Shown here in pieces: positions 18,323 through 27,525 of a DNA stretch of 64,000 nt; within the stretch, counting starts at the first letter, position 1, and each line of letters begins with the position of its first letter. Source of the stretch: an uncultured Chloroflexia bacterium (GTDB lineage Bacteria; Chloroflexota; Limnocylindria; Limnocylindrales; CSP1-4); NCBI GenBank assembly GCA_963752475.1, contig CAVVYR010000008.1:64001-128000 (forward strand), read 5' to 3'. The notes below the pieces were generated by a model that worked only from the letters and a program-made list of their open reading frames with translations, searched no databases and was not told the origin of the DNA. The position numbers and the translations under genes are program-made.

Positions 18323-19342
18323 ATGCGGACCAAGAGGACACTGGCTCTGGGAATGAGCTTCGTGATGGCATTGGGAGCGGCGACGTCCATCGCCGGCACC
18401 GTTGCCGCCCAGGACGAGCCGCTCGAGCAAGTCACCTTCCAGCTCAACTGGGTCCCGGGTGGCTTCCACGCCGGGTTCGCCCTGGCACGTGAGGCCGGCT
18501 ACTACGAAGACGAAGGCCTCTTCGTCCACCTCGTGCCCGGCAACGGCTCGGCCACCACGGCTCAGCTGACCGCCGCCGGCAACGTCAACCTCGGCAATGC
18601 CGATGCGGCGCCGGTGACGCAGCTGGTAGCCAAGGGCGCGCCGGTCAAGGTCATCGCCACGCTCTTCCAGGGCTCGCCCATCCAGATCACGGCCAAGGCC
18701 GATTCCGGCATCACCGAGATCAGCGACCTCGAAGGCCGGTCGCTGGCCTATCCATCGGGTGGATCGCAGGCCGCGCAGCTGCCGCTGGTCTTCGCCGCCA
18801 ACGGTGTCGATGCCGACGCGGTCGAGCTGGTGCCGACCCCGCGCGAGGCACTCGTGCCCGTGTTGCTCGAGGACCAGGTCGACGCCATCGTCGGCTCCAT
18901 GGACTTCTTCGGCATCCAGCTGGCCGACCGCGGCATCGAGACCGTCGACTTCCCGATGTACGAGAATGGCGCACCGACGGTGAGCACCTCCATCATCGGC
19001 AACGAGGACTGGATGGCTGAGAACCCCGAGACGACGCAGAAGTTCGTCAAGGCCAGCCTGCGTGGCTGGGCCGAGGCGCTGGAGAACCCCGACGCAGCCA
19101 TCGAAGCGCTGGCCGCGCTGTTCCGCAACGTGGATGCCGAGGAGGCCCAGAAGCAGCTCGAGGCCACGATCCCGCTGTACTGTGCCAATGGTGCCCAGTA
19201 CCTGGGCAAGGCCACCGAGGAAGCGTGGGTCAACCACGAGATGGTGATGCGCGAGTCCGGCAGCATCGAGGAGGCAGTCGAGCCGACCGACCTCTACACC
19301 TACGACTACCTGCCTCCCGACGAAGAGCTGTCGCCCTGCTAG
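18323..19342 (+). CDS. ABC substrate-binding protein (NMT1/THI5-like)
   Basis: Signal peptide; FQLNWVPGGFHAGF..AGYYEDEGL..GNGS; AGGAGG RBS. Confidence 0.88.
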   Translation: MRTKRTLALGMSFVMALGAATSIAGTVAAQDEPLEQVTFQLNWVPGGFHAGFALAREAGYYEDEGLFVHLVPGNGSATTAQLTAAGNVNLGNADAAPVTQLVAKGAPVKVIATLFQGSPIQITAKADSGITEISDLEGRSLAYPSGGSQAAQLPLVFAANGVDADAVELVPTPREALVPVLLEDQVDAIVGSMDFFGIQLADRGIETVDFPMYENGAPTVSTSIIGNEDWMAENPETTQKFVKASLRGWAEALENPDAAIEALAALFRNVDAEEAQKQLEATIPLYCANGAQYLGKATEEAWVNHEMVMRESGSIEEAVEPTDLYTYDYLPPDEELSPC

Positions 19343-19380
19343 CAGTCCCGGCAACCGAGGAGTAGGAGACAGGGTCAGGG

Positions 19381-20217
19381 ATGATGGATCGAGCCGAAAC
19401 GGAAGCCCGTGGTGTACGCCTCGAGGTCGATGGCGTGTCGCGCGTCTTCAATGAGTTCAGTGACGACCCGTTCCTGGCCCTGTCCGAGACCGATCTGACA
19501 TTCGAGCCAGGTGAGTTCGTGAGCGTGGTCGGCCCGAGTGGCTGTGGCAAGTCCACGCTCATGCTCATCGCCGCCGGACTGCTGCCACCGTCTACCGGAG
19601 AGATCCGAATCGATGGCGAGGTCCAGACCAAGCCGATGACCGATGTCGGCATCGCCTTCCAGGACCACCTCTTGCTCGATTTCCGGACGGCCAAGGAGAA
19701 CGTCCTCTTGCAGGCCGACATCCGGGGTCTGGACCGGGCCGAGCTGACCAGGAGGACCGACGAGCTCTTCGAGCAGCTCGGGTTGCACCAGGGTGCGGGT
19801 GACAAGTACCCGCGCCAGCTCTCAGGCGGGATGCGCCAGCGCGTCGCGCTTGCGAGGACGGTCGTCCACCGCCCATCGATGCTCATGCTCGATGAGCCGT
19901 TCGGGGCCCTCGATGCCCTGACCCGCTTGCAGGTCCGCCACGATCTCGAGCAGTTGTGGCTGCAGTACCGCCCAACGGTGCTTTTCGTGACCCACTCCGT
20001 CGAGGAGGCGGTCGGCCTCTCCGACCGGATCGTGGTCTTCTCCACGTCACCCGGCAGCATCGTCGACGAGATCACAGTCGACCTACCCCGACCACGGCCA
20101 CTGTCTCTGGGCGACACGCCCGAGTACGCCAAATATGCCGACCGCGTCTTCGAGCACTTCGAGTCGATGGGCGTGCTTTCCGAAGGCAGCGGCGGAGAGC
20201 CCCCGACCGTTCTCTAG
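19381..20217 (+). CDS. ABC transporter ATP-binding protein (NitT/TauT)
   Basis: GPSGCGKST, LSGGMRQR, LDEPFGALD, FVTHSVEEAV. Confidence 0.93.
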   Translation: MMDRAETEARGVRLEVDGVSRVFNEFSDDPFLALSETDLTFEPGEFVSVVGPSGCGKSTLMLIAAGLLPPSTGEIRIDGEVQTKPMTDVGIAFQDHLLLDFRTAKENVLLQADIRGLDRAELTRRTDELFEQLGLHQGAGDKYPRQLSGGMRQRVALARTVVHRPSMLMLDEPFGALDALTRLQVRHDLEQLWLQYRPTVLFVTHSVEEAVGLSDRIVVFSTSPGSIVDEITVDLPRPRPLSLGDTPEYAKYADRVFEHFESMGVLSEGSGGEPPTVL

Positions 20218-20272
20218 CCGCTACGTCGAGGGCTTCGAGCGGCAGCGAGCACGAGGCGCCTGAGCCGGTCCG
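20216..20272 (+). repeat. 57-bp direct repeat, copy 2 (orphan ipdC 3' end)
   Basis: Identical to 10293-10349; overlaps the ATPase stop codon. Confidence 0.95.
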
Positions 20273-20381
20273 ACGAATCCGGTCCGAGCACCCGCCGAAT
20301 GGTCCGTTCGGCGCTTGTCAAGGGTCGTAGACAGGAGCATCGTCATGAGCGGCAGGGCGTGCCCTGCGAAGGAGGTGGACG

Positions 20382-20900
20382 ATGGAAGCGACGGTTTCCA
20401 GAGGCCCCATGAAGAGCCTGACGACCTGGCTGGACTCAGCAGGCGTCGACTACGAACTCCACGAGCACGACCGATCGCTCACGGCCCTGGCCACCGCACG
20501 AGCCGAAGGCGTCGACCCGAGCACCTTCGAGAAGGTCGTGTGGGTGCGCTCGGTCGATGGCGGCGATGCGCTCATCGTGCTCGATGCCAACGATCACCTT
20601 GACCTCGGGAAGGCCAAGGACGTGCTTCGATCAGGCAAGGTCCAACTCGTGCCGGAGGAAGAGCTGATCGAGCTCGCACCCGACTGCGATCCCGGTGCCA
20701 TGCCGGCGGTGGGCAGCTTGTTCGGGCTCCCGACCTACGCGGATCTGCACGTGAGTGACGCCGCGGAGGTCAGCTTCAACGCCGGTAGCCACACGGTCGC
20801 GGTTCGGGTGGATCGCGCAGCTTGGGAGAAGGCACTGGGCGTCGTGTACGCCGACCTGGCAGCGGCCACCTGGCACGAGCCCGCCTGGCACCGATCCTGA
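20382..20900 (+). CDS. YbaK/EbsC family aminoacyl-tRNA deacylase
   Basis: YELHEH..TA..KVV..PDCDPGAMPAVG..FNAGSH; AAGGAGG RBS. Confidence 0.85.
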   Translation: MEATVSRGPMKSLTTWLDSAGVDYELHEHDRSLTALATARAEGVDPSTFEKVVWVRSVDGGDALIVLDANDHLDLGKAKDVLRSGKVQLVPEEELIELAPDCDPGAMPAVGSLFGLPTYADLHVSDAAEVSFNAGSHTVAVRVDRAAWEKALGVVYADLAAATWHEPAWHRS

Positions 20901-20975
20901 CGCTCGCCGCTCGGTGATGACGGGTCCCACAGGCCGTGGGACTCCTCCGTAGCGCCGCTCGAGAGGAGGCGTGAG

Positions 20976-21863
20976 ATGCGAGTCCTTGTCGCTATCGATG
21001 GTTCGGAGTGCGCCGGTGTGGCCATCGACCTCGTCGGTGGGCTCCACTGGCCCGCAGGTACGGAGGTGAGAGTGCTGGAGGTGGTGCCCGCCGGCGCTGC
21101 CGTCTTCGGGGGTCCGTGGCCGCCGATCCCGCCGCTCGACACCACCCTGATCGATCGTGACATCCGCGAGCAGGCCTCGCGCGACCTGCAAGACGCGGCC
21201 GAGAAGCTAGCCGGCCCGGGACGCTCGGTCGAGACGACCGTAGCCGCTGGACGAGCGGGCGACACCATCACCTCGCTCGCGGAGCAGTCCGAGGTGGACC
21301 TCATCGTCGTCGGCTCCCGTGGTCACGGGACCCTCGGGACGATGCTGCTCGGCTCCGTCTCGTCGGAGGTCATCGATCACGCGCACGTGCCCGTGCTCGT
21401 CGCTCGCGGGCGAGAGATCAGGCGGGTCGTCTTCGCCTGGGATGGCTCGGATCGCGCCGAGGCGGCGGTGGCACCGCTGAGCGCGTGGGGGCTGTTCGGC
21501 GATGCCCACGTGGACGTGCTCAGCATCGCCGACGCCGAACCCCCGTGGTGGGCTCGTGCCGACATGGTCTCCGAGGAGGTCGCGGCCGAGGCCTACCACG
21601 AGGCCGCGGCGCCATCGCGGCAGCAGCACGAAGAGATGGCAGAGCGGATGGCCGAGCGGCTCCGGACCGCCGGTCTCGATGCCGTGTCCGTGAGCCGTGA
21701 GGGCGATCCGGCCGAGGCGATCGTGGCCTTCGCCAAGTCCCACGAGGTCGACCTGGTCGTGCTTGGCACGCACGGACGGACGGGGCTGCGACGGCTGCTC
21801 CTGGGCAGCGTAGCCCGGAACGTGTCCCTGCACGCCCATTGCTCGGTGTTGGTGGCGCGCTAG
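20976..21863 (+). CDS. Universal stress protein (tandem USP domains)
   Basis: VLVAIDGS, VGSRGHG..LLGSVS, VLGTHGRTG..LLGSVA. Confidence 0.92.
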   Translation: MRVLVAIDGSECAGVAIDLVGGLHWPAGTEVRVLEVVPAGAAVFGGPWPPIPPLDTTLIDRDIREQASRDLQDAAEKLAGPGRSVETTVAAGRAGDTITSLAEQSEVDLIVVGSRGHGTLGTMLLGSVSSEVIDHAHVPVLVARGREIRRVVFAWDGSDRAEAAVAPLSAWGLFGDAHVDVLSIADAEPPWWARADMVSEEVAAEAYHEAAAPSRQQHEEMAERMAERLRTAGLDAVSVSREGDPAEAIVAFAKSHEVDLVVLGTHGRTGLRRLLLGSVARNVSLHAHCSVLVAR

Positions 21864-21932
21864 CGGGCTTCGGGTCAATCGTCCGAGAAGTACGCTGGAG
21901 GGGCTCGAACAGGTCGCTCAGGGGGTGCTGTC

Positions 21933-23561
21933 ATGCAGTTGGCCGAGGCGCTTCTGGAAGCGCTCCACCGTGCTGGAGCGAGGGAGATCTTCGGCATCCC
22001 GGGGGACTTCGCGCTGCCCTACTTCGAGGTCATCGAGCGCAGTGGCGTGATGCCGCTGTACACGCTGAGCCACGAACCGGCGGTGGGGTTCGCGGCTGAT
22101 GCCGGCACCCGCTTCCGCGGTGGCCTGGGCGTGGCCGCGATCACCTACGGCGCGGGTGCCTTCAACCTCGTCAACGCCGTAGCCGGCTCGTACGCTGAGC
22201 GGTCCCCGGTGGTCGTGCTCTCGGGAGCACCGTCGCGCCCTGAACGCACCTCTGGCCTGCTCGTCCACCATCAGGCCCGAACGCTCGACTCCCAGCTCAA
22301 CGTCTATCGCGAGATCACCTGCGACCAGGCCGTGCTCGACGATCCGCGCACAGCACCGGAGGCCATCGCCCGCGTCATCCGTTCCTGCCATGAACGGTCG
22401 CAGCCGGTGTACATCGAGATCCCGCGCGACATCGTCGGTGCCGAGGTGGAACCGGTACCCGACCTGCCGGCGAGCCCGGTCGACCCCGATGCCGTGGAGG
22501 CAGCAGCCGTGGAGGTGCTGGCCCGTCTGGAGGCCGCTCGCTCGCCGGTGATGATGGTCGACGCGGAGATCCGCCGCTACGGCGTCGAAGCCAAGGTGGC
22601 CGATCTGGCGCACAAGCTGCATATCCCGGTGGTGACCACGTTCATGGGCCGTGGCCTCCTGGTCGACTCGGCCAACCCGCCGCTGGGCACCTACATCGGC
22701 GTCGCCGGCGAGCCGGAGATCACCGAGCTGGTCGAGACCTCCGATGCGCTGCTCCTTCTGGGGGTCATCCTCTCGGACCTCAACTTCGCGGTCTCACTAC
22801 GCAAGATCGACCTGCGCAAGACCATCCTCGCCGCGCAGCGGGAGGTGCGGCTGTCGCACCACATCTATCCCCATATCCCGCTCGAAGCGCTCGTCGACGC
22901 CATGGCCCTGCGGGCACGGCGGCTGGGTGACCGGCCAGACGTCGCAGCGCCCCCGCAGCCACCCTATGGCCTGGCCCTCGACGACGGATCGGTCACGCCA
23001 CATGACATCGCCACCGCGGTCAACGACATGATGCACCGGCACGGACCGCTGCCCATGGCATCCGACATGGGTGACTGCCTGTTCACGGCCATGGACGTCG
23101 ACCACCACGCCATCGCTGCGCCCGGCTACTACGCGGGCATGGGCTTCGGCATCCCCGCGGGCCTGGGCATCCAGGCCGCCACGGGCGAGCGTGCGCTGGT
23201 GCTGGTCGGCGACGGCGCCTTCGAGATGACCGGCCTCGAGCTGGGCAATTGCCGGCGCTATGGCTGGGATCCGATCGTCATCGTCTTCAACAACGCCTCG
23301 TGGGAGACCCTGCGTGCCTTCGTGCCCAAGGCCCGCTTCACCGATCGGGAGAAGTTGGCCTTCCACGAGATGGCCGAGCCACTCGGCGGCGTGGGCATCC
23401 GTGTCCGCACCAGGCGTGAGCTGGCGGCCGCACTCGAACAGGCGGTCGAGACCCGCGGCCGCTTCGTGCTCATCGACGTCGAGCTCGAACCGGGCGGCAT
23501 GTCGCGCACGCTCCGTCGCTACATCGAGGCCTTCGAGCGCAAGCGCGGCCAGGGAGGCTAG
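21933..23561 (+). CDS. ipdC: Indolepyruvate/phenylpyruvate decarboxylase, copy 2
   Basis: Same length (542 aa) and motifs as 8712-10340. Confidence 0.9.
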   Translation: MQLAEALLEALHRAGAREIFGIPGDFALPYFEVIERSGVMPLYTLSHEPAVGFAADAGTRFRGGLGVAAITYGAGAFNLVNAVAGSYAERSPVVVLSGAPSRPERTSGLLVHHQARTLDSQLNVYREITCDQAVLDDPRTAPEAIARVIRSCHERSQPVYIEIPRDIVGAEVEPVPDLPASPVDPDAVEAAAVEVLARLEAARSPVMMVDAEIRRYGVEAKVADLAHKLHIPVVTTFMGRGLLVDSANPPLGTYIGVAGEPEITELVETSDALLLLGVILSDLNFAVSLRKIDLRKTILAAQREVRLSHHIYPHIPLEALVDAMALRARRLGDRPDVAAPPQPPYGLALDDGSVTPHDIATAVNDMMHRHGPLPMASDMGDCLFTAMDVDHHAIAAPGYYAGMGFGIPAGLGIQAATGERALVLVGDGAFEMTGLELGNCRRYGWDPIVIVFNNASWETLRAFVPKARFTDREKLAFHEMAEPLGGVGIRVRTRRELAAALEQAVETRGRFVLIDVELEPGGMSRTLRRYIEAFERKRGQGG

Positions 23562-24133
23562 GTTCGCGAGCGCCCGAACGAGCCGTCTGGCATGTGGCGC
23601 ACTCGAGCCCACGCCCGATCGTCGCGACGACGCCGCTGCGTCGAGCGCGGGCCGGCGGCTACGACGTAGGACACGAGGCTGCCCGCGGGCACCTCCGCCC
23701 CGGCCCGCGGCCGCGTTCGGATGACGAGACCCTCGCTGACCGCGTCGGATCGACGGGTCGCACGCCTGGCGGTTCCCAGACCAGCCTGGCGCAGCATGGA
23801 GAGCGCGTCATCCTCAGCGCGGCCGCGGACATCGGGGACGATCACGTGGGGCCTGGCGCCGACGGTCAGCATCAGGATCGCATCAGCGTCCGGCGCCTCA
23901 CCGGGCAGCGGCACCTGTTCGAGTACCCGACCCCTCAAGCCAAGTGTCGTGGCACGCTCGATGACGTAGACCTGCTGACCCTTGAGCCGTGCCACGCGGC
24001 GAGCCTCCGCCAGCGGCATGCCCACGAAGTCGGGCACTGGAGTCGATCGCGGCTCCGTCGTCTGGATGACCTCCGGCGCCACGATGGGCACCGGGCGACG
24101 GCTGGCGAGGACGGTAGAAAGGTGGCGCCACAT
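23558..24133 (-). CDS. PASTA-domain protein (two PASTA repeats)
   Basis: VPDFVGMPLAEARR..GRVLEQVPLPG and VPDVRGRAEDDALSMLRQAGL..GLVIRTRPRAG; start uncertain. Confidence 0.78.
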   Translation of the reverse strand: MWRHLSTVLASRRPVPIVAPEVIQTTEPRSTPVPDFVGMPLAEARRVARLKGQQVYVIERATTLGLRGRVLEQVPLPGEAPDADAILMLTVGARPHVIVPDVRGRAEDDALSMLRQAGLGTARRATRRSDAVSEGLVIRTRPRAGAEVPAGSLVSYVVAAGPRSTQRRRRDDRAWARVRHMPDGSFGRSRT

Positions 24134-24392
24134 GGGGACGTGACCTCGTCGGATCGTACCCGGCTCGCGGCTCACCTGGCTGCGGTCAACGGGATCGAAG
24201 TGACAGGATTGTTGCGCCCGCCGGAGCCTCGATGTCAATGGCCTCGTCCATGAAGAATCCGTAATCGACTCGACATCGATCAGAGCATCGACGAGGGCCC
24301 TCGAAACGACGTACATTGCGATTGGATCCGCGCTGCGCATTCCGGCCGATCGTTGGCCTTGAGCGGCAGCTGTGGTGAGAGGTCCCTACCCC

Positions 24393-24653
24393 ATGGCGAT
24401 GCGACCGCAGCATCCTGGTCCTCAGTTCGACCTGCCGATCCCCCCGGTACGGCCCGAGCACCTCGCTACCAGCGCCCGCAGGCCCGGCGTGATCGATGTG
24501 TCCGTCTGCGAGTGGACGGCCGACCTGTCCGTGGGGTGGGACCGCGACAGGACCCCTGCCCACACGACGGTCAGCGGCATCGGATTCGTCGACTTCGACG
24601 CCACCGACTCGATCCACGAGACGACCGAGTCGGTGGGGAGCGTCGGGTCATGA
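24393..24653 (+). CDS. Hypothetical small protein
   Basis: GAGAGG RBS; ATGA coupling to the next ORF; no recognised domain. Confidence 0.45.
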   Translation: MAMRPQHPGPQFDLPIPPVRPEHLATSARRPGVIDVSVCEWTADLSVGWDRDRTPAHTTVSGIGFVDFDATDSIHETTESVGSVGS

Positions 24654-24937
24654 CCGCCATGCTGTCCGGCATGCCCAACCCCTTGGGCGGTCCCGAGCGG
24701 CCACTTCCGGGCGGTCGCGATGAACGGCGGGAGCAGGAACGCGAGGCCCGACGCCTGGCTGTGCGTCTGGCTGCTGCACAGCGGCGCCTGGGCCAGCCGG
24801 GCCCGACGAGCCCTGCACTGACGGTCGCCGTCGTAGAGGACATCGCGGAGCTCGCCGAGGCCACGAGCGACTCAAGGAAGCGTGGCGCGCGACAGCGCGT
24901 GTGGGCGCTCTGGCGCCCACGGCGTGGCCGGTCCTGA
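24650..24937 (+). CDS. Hypothetical small protein (Arg-rich helical)
   Basis: ATG overlaps the previous stop; GGGGAG upstream. Confidence 0.45.
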   Translation: MTAMLSGMPNPLGGPERPLPGGRDERREQEREARRLAVRLAAAQRRLGQPGPTSPALTVAVVEDIAELAEATSDSRKRGARQRVWALWRPRRGRS

Positions 24938-24958
24938 TCAGCATCCGGCCACAGGGCC

Positions 24959-25195
24959 ATGACCGAGCTCCTGCCCGATGGTCGTCGTGCGGCTTCGTTG
25001 GCCGTGGGTCTCGCGGTCGCGGTCGCGCTCGGCTGGCCCCAGAGCCTGGCCGCAGCCTTCGCTGACGACCTCGACCTGCACGTCCGCACGGTCGGAGAAG
25101 GCGTGAATCGGGTCCCCGCTGACGGCGGCGTCCGGCGCGCGTTCGAGGCCCAGTGCGCCTTGCGGTACCACCTCGACGAGGCTCTGCATCACTAG
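24959..25195 (+). CDS. Hypothetical small protein
   Basis: 78-aa ORF co-oriented with its neighbours and mgtE. Confidence 0.4.
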   Translation: MTELLPDGRRAASLAVGLAVAVALGWPQSLAAAFADDLDLHVRTVGEGVNRVPADGGVRRAFEAQCALRYHLDEALHH

Positions 25196-25255
25196 AGGTT
25201 CGGCGGCGGACGTCGTTCGTTACGATGCAGGGGCGACCACGCACCGGAGAGCCGC

Positions 25256-26617
25256 ATGACCATCGAGACCGACCGTCGCTCGTGGGAGCACCTGCGCGAG
25301 CTGGCCGCATCCGGAGACCGTGAGGGCCTGGACGCCGCCATCGAGGCGATGCAGCCCGACGAGGCGGTGCGCGCCATCCTGCGGCTCGAGCCCGAGGACC
25401 AGCAGTCCCTGCTCACGACCCTGTCGCCGCCGGAGGCGGCCGACCTCATCGAGGACGCGCCTGACGAGCAGGCCGCCGACCTCATCGAACAGCTGGCGCC
25501 GCAGGCTGCGGCCGCCATCGTCACCGAGATGCAGTCCGACGAGCAGGCGGACCTCATCGCCGACCTTGACCGGGCCGAGGCGGACGCGATCCTCGGCGAG
25601 CTGGAGCCGGACATGGCCACCGAGGTCCGGGCCATGGCCGACTACGACGATGACGTCGCCGGCGGCCTGATGATCACCGAGTACGTGGCGGTGGGCGAGG
25701 ACGTCAAGGTCGGAGCCACGCTCGACCAACTGGTGCTCAACGCCGAAGACAGCGACGACCACTTCAGCCGCTACGTCTATGTGCTCTCGGGCTTCGGCCG
25801 GCTGGTGGGGGTAGCGGCCGCCAGCGAGCTTGCCGCTGCCCCGCGCAACAGGCGCATGGCCGACGTCATGGTGGCGCCGCTGTTCACCGCTGCCACCACC
25901 GATCTCGACGAGTTGCGCGACTTCTTCGAGGCCCACCCCATCGCGGCCGTTCCCGTCGTGGACCAGCGCGCGCGCCTCCTGGGCGTGACCCGGCGCACGG
26001 CTGTGCTCGACGCGATCGCTGAGCGCACCGAGCGTGACATGCTGCGCATGCGCGGCATCGTCGGCGGCGATGAGGTGCGCAGCCTGCCGACCCGCACCCG
26101 CTCACGGCGCCGGCTCAGCTGGCTCTCGATCAACATCGTGCTCAACATGATCGCCGCCAGCGTGATCGCCCTCTTCATCGACACGCTCGACCAGGTCATC
26201 GCGCTGGCGGTCTTCCTGCCCATCATCAGCGACATGTCCGGCGCCAGCGGCAACCAGGCCGTGGCGGTGAGCATGCGCGAGCTCTCCCTCGGCCTGGTCA
26301 AGCCCTATGAGGTCGGCCGCGTCTGGCTCAAGGAGATCAGCATCGGCCTCATCAACGGCGTCGCCCTCGGCGTGCTAATCGGCCTCGTGGCCATCGTGTG
26401 GGACGGCAACACGTGGCTCGGCCTCGTGGTCGGCGTGACGCTGGCGCTCAACACGCTCATCGCCGTCTCGGTGGGCGGCACGGTCCCGCTCATGCTCAAG
26501 CGCTTCGGGGTGGACCCGGCCATCGCCTCGGGCCCCATCCTCACCACCGTCACCGATATCTGCGGCTTCTTCCTCGCGCTCAGCTTCGCCAGCCTGTTGC
26601 TGGTCCAGCTGACCTAG
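25256..26617 (+). CDS. mgtE: Magnesium transporter MgtE
   Basis: MgtE_N repeats, CBS pair (AGGLMITEY), RRRLSWL, SDMSGASGNQ, DPAIASGPILTTVTD. Confidence 0.95.
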   Translation: MTIETDRRSWEHLRELAASGDREGLDAAIEAMQPDEAVRAILRLEPEDQQSLLTTLSPPEAADLIEDAPDEQAADLIEQLAPQAAAAIVTEMQSDEQADLIADLDRAEADAILGELEPDMATEVRAMADYDDDVAGGLMITEYVAVGEDVKVGATLDQLVLNAEDSDDHFSRYVYVLSGFGRLVGVAAASELAAAPRNRRMADVMVAPLFTAATTDLDELRDFFEAHPIAAVPVVDQRARLLGVTRRTAVLDAIAERTERDMLRMRGIVGGDEVRSLPTRTRSRRRLSWLSINIVLNMIAASVIALFIDTLDQVIALAVFLPIISDMSGASGNQAVAVSMRELSLGLVKPYEVGRVWLKEISIGLINGVALGVLIGLVAIVWDGNTWLGLVVGVTLALNTLIAVSVGGTVPLMLKRFGVDPAIASGPILTTVTDICGFFLALSFASLLLVQLT

Positions 26618-26730
26618 CAGCATCACTCCGCACCCGCCCGCGTGAGAGCCATCATGTGTCGAGGAAACGCGGTCGACCACTCACCGGGTGTCGGCACCCG
26701 ACGGCCCCCCACAGGCAAGGAATACCACTG

Positions 26731-27525
26731 ATGTCATCGCTTATCACCGAGATCGTACAGATCGCCGAGGGCCAGGAGCCGATTATGGCTACGGCCATCC
26801 ATGACGGACACGGCCTGCGTCCGGAGGTCGACGCCCTGATGGCACTGCCGGAGCCGGACCGACTCCGCGAAGAAGACCCGTTCAGCGGCATCTGGACGAG
26901 CGTGGTAACGACACAGATGGTGGCGCTACGATCGCGCTTCGAGGTGGACCTGAACCGGCCTCGCGAGAAGGCGGTCTACCGCACGCCAGCGGAGACCTGG
27001 GGCCTGGACGTCTGGCGCGAGGAGCTGCCCGCCGACGTCCTCGAGCGCTCGCTCGAGGAGTACGACGCCTTCTATGCTGAAGCGGAACGGATCTGCTCCG
27101 AGCTGGAGCGCCGCTACGGGCGCTTCGTCGTGCTGGACCTGCACACCTACAACCATCGAAGAGGTGGACCGGAGGCCGACCCGGAGGATCCCAAGGCCAA
27201 CCCGGAGGTCAACGTCGGAACCGGCTCCCTGGACCGCGAGCGATGGGGTGGCCTGGTCGATGGGTTCATCTCCGACTTGCGCGACCATCGGTTCCTTGGC
27301 CGCCAGCTCGACGTTCGCGAGAACGTGCGCTTCCAGGGTGGGTACCTGTCGCGTTGGGTGCACGAGCGCTACCCGGAGTCGGGCTGCTGCCTGGCCATCG
27401 AGTTCAAGAAGTTCTTCATGGACGAGTGGACCGGGAAGCTCTCTCCCGAGGAGTACGAGGCCATCCCACAGGCGCTGGAGGCAACGCTTCCAGGCCTGCT
27501 CGCGTCCCTCGGCGCCATCGAATGA
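26731..27525 (+). CDS. N-formylglutamate amidohydrolase family protein
   Basis: TAIHDGH, LREEDPF, SRFEVDLNRP, LDLHTYNH, ENVRFQGG, AIEFKKFFMDEWTG. Confidence 0.9.
   Translation: MSSLITEIVQIAEGQEPIMATAIHDGHGLRPEVDALMALPEPDRLREEDPFSGIWTSVVTTQMVALRSRFEVDLNRPREKAVYRTPAETWGLDVWREELPADVLERSLEEYDAFYAEAERICSELERRYGRFVVLDLHTYNHRRGGPEADPEDPKANPEVNVGTGSLDRERWGGLVDGFISDLRDHRFLGRQLDVRENVRFQGGYLSRWVHERYPESGCCLAIEFKKFFMDEWTGKLSPEEYEAIPQALEATLPGLLASLGAIE

Larger units (their letters stand above)
10350..20215. mobile_element. Putative genomic islet (sugar-acid catabolic cargo) bounded by 57-bp direct repeats; no integrase
   Basis: att-like duplication of a gene 3' end on both sides of a coherent metabolic cassette. 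Confidence 0.6.

Noticed and set aside
10350-20215. Prophage, ICE or transposon
   Set aside because: No integrase, transposase, relaxase or phage genes and no terminal inverted repeats; only the direct repeat supports mobility
20920-20950. DosR-like box upstream of the USP gene
   Set aside because: Only a GGGAC half-site within a short inverted repeat; too weak in GC-rich DNA
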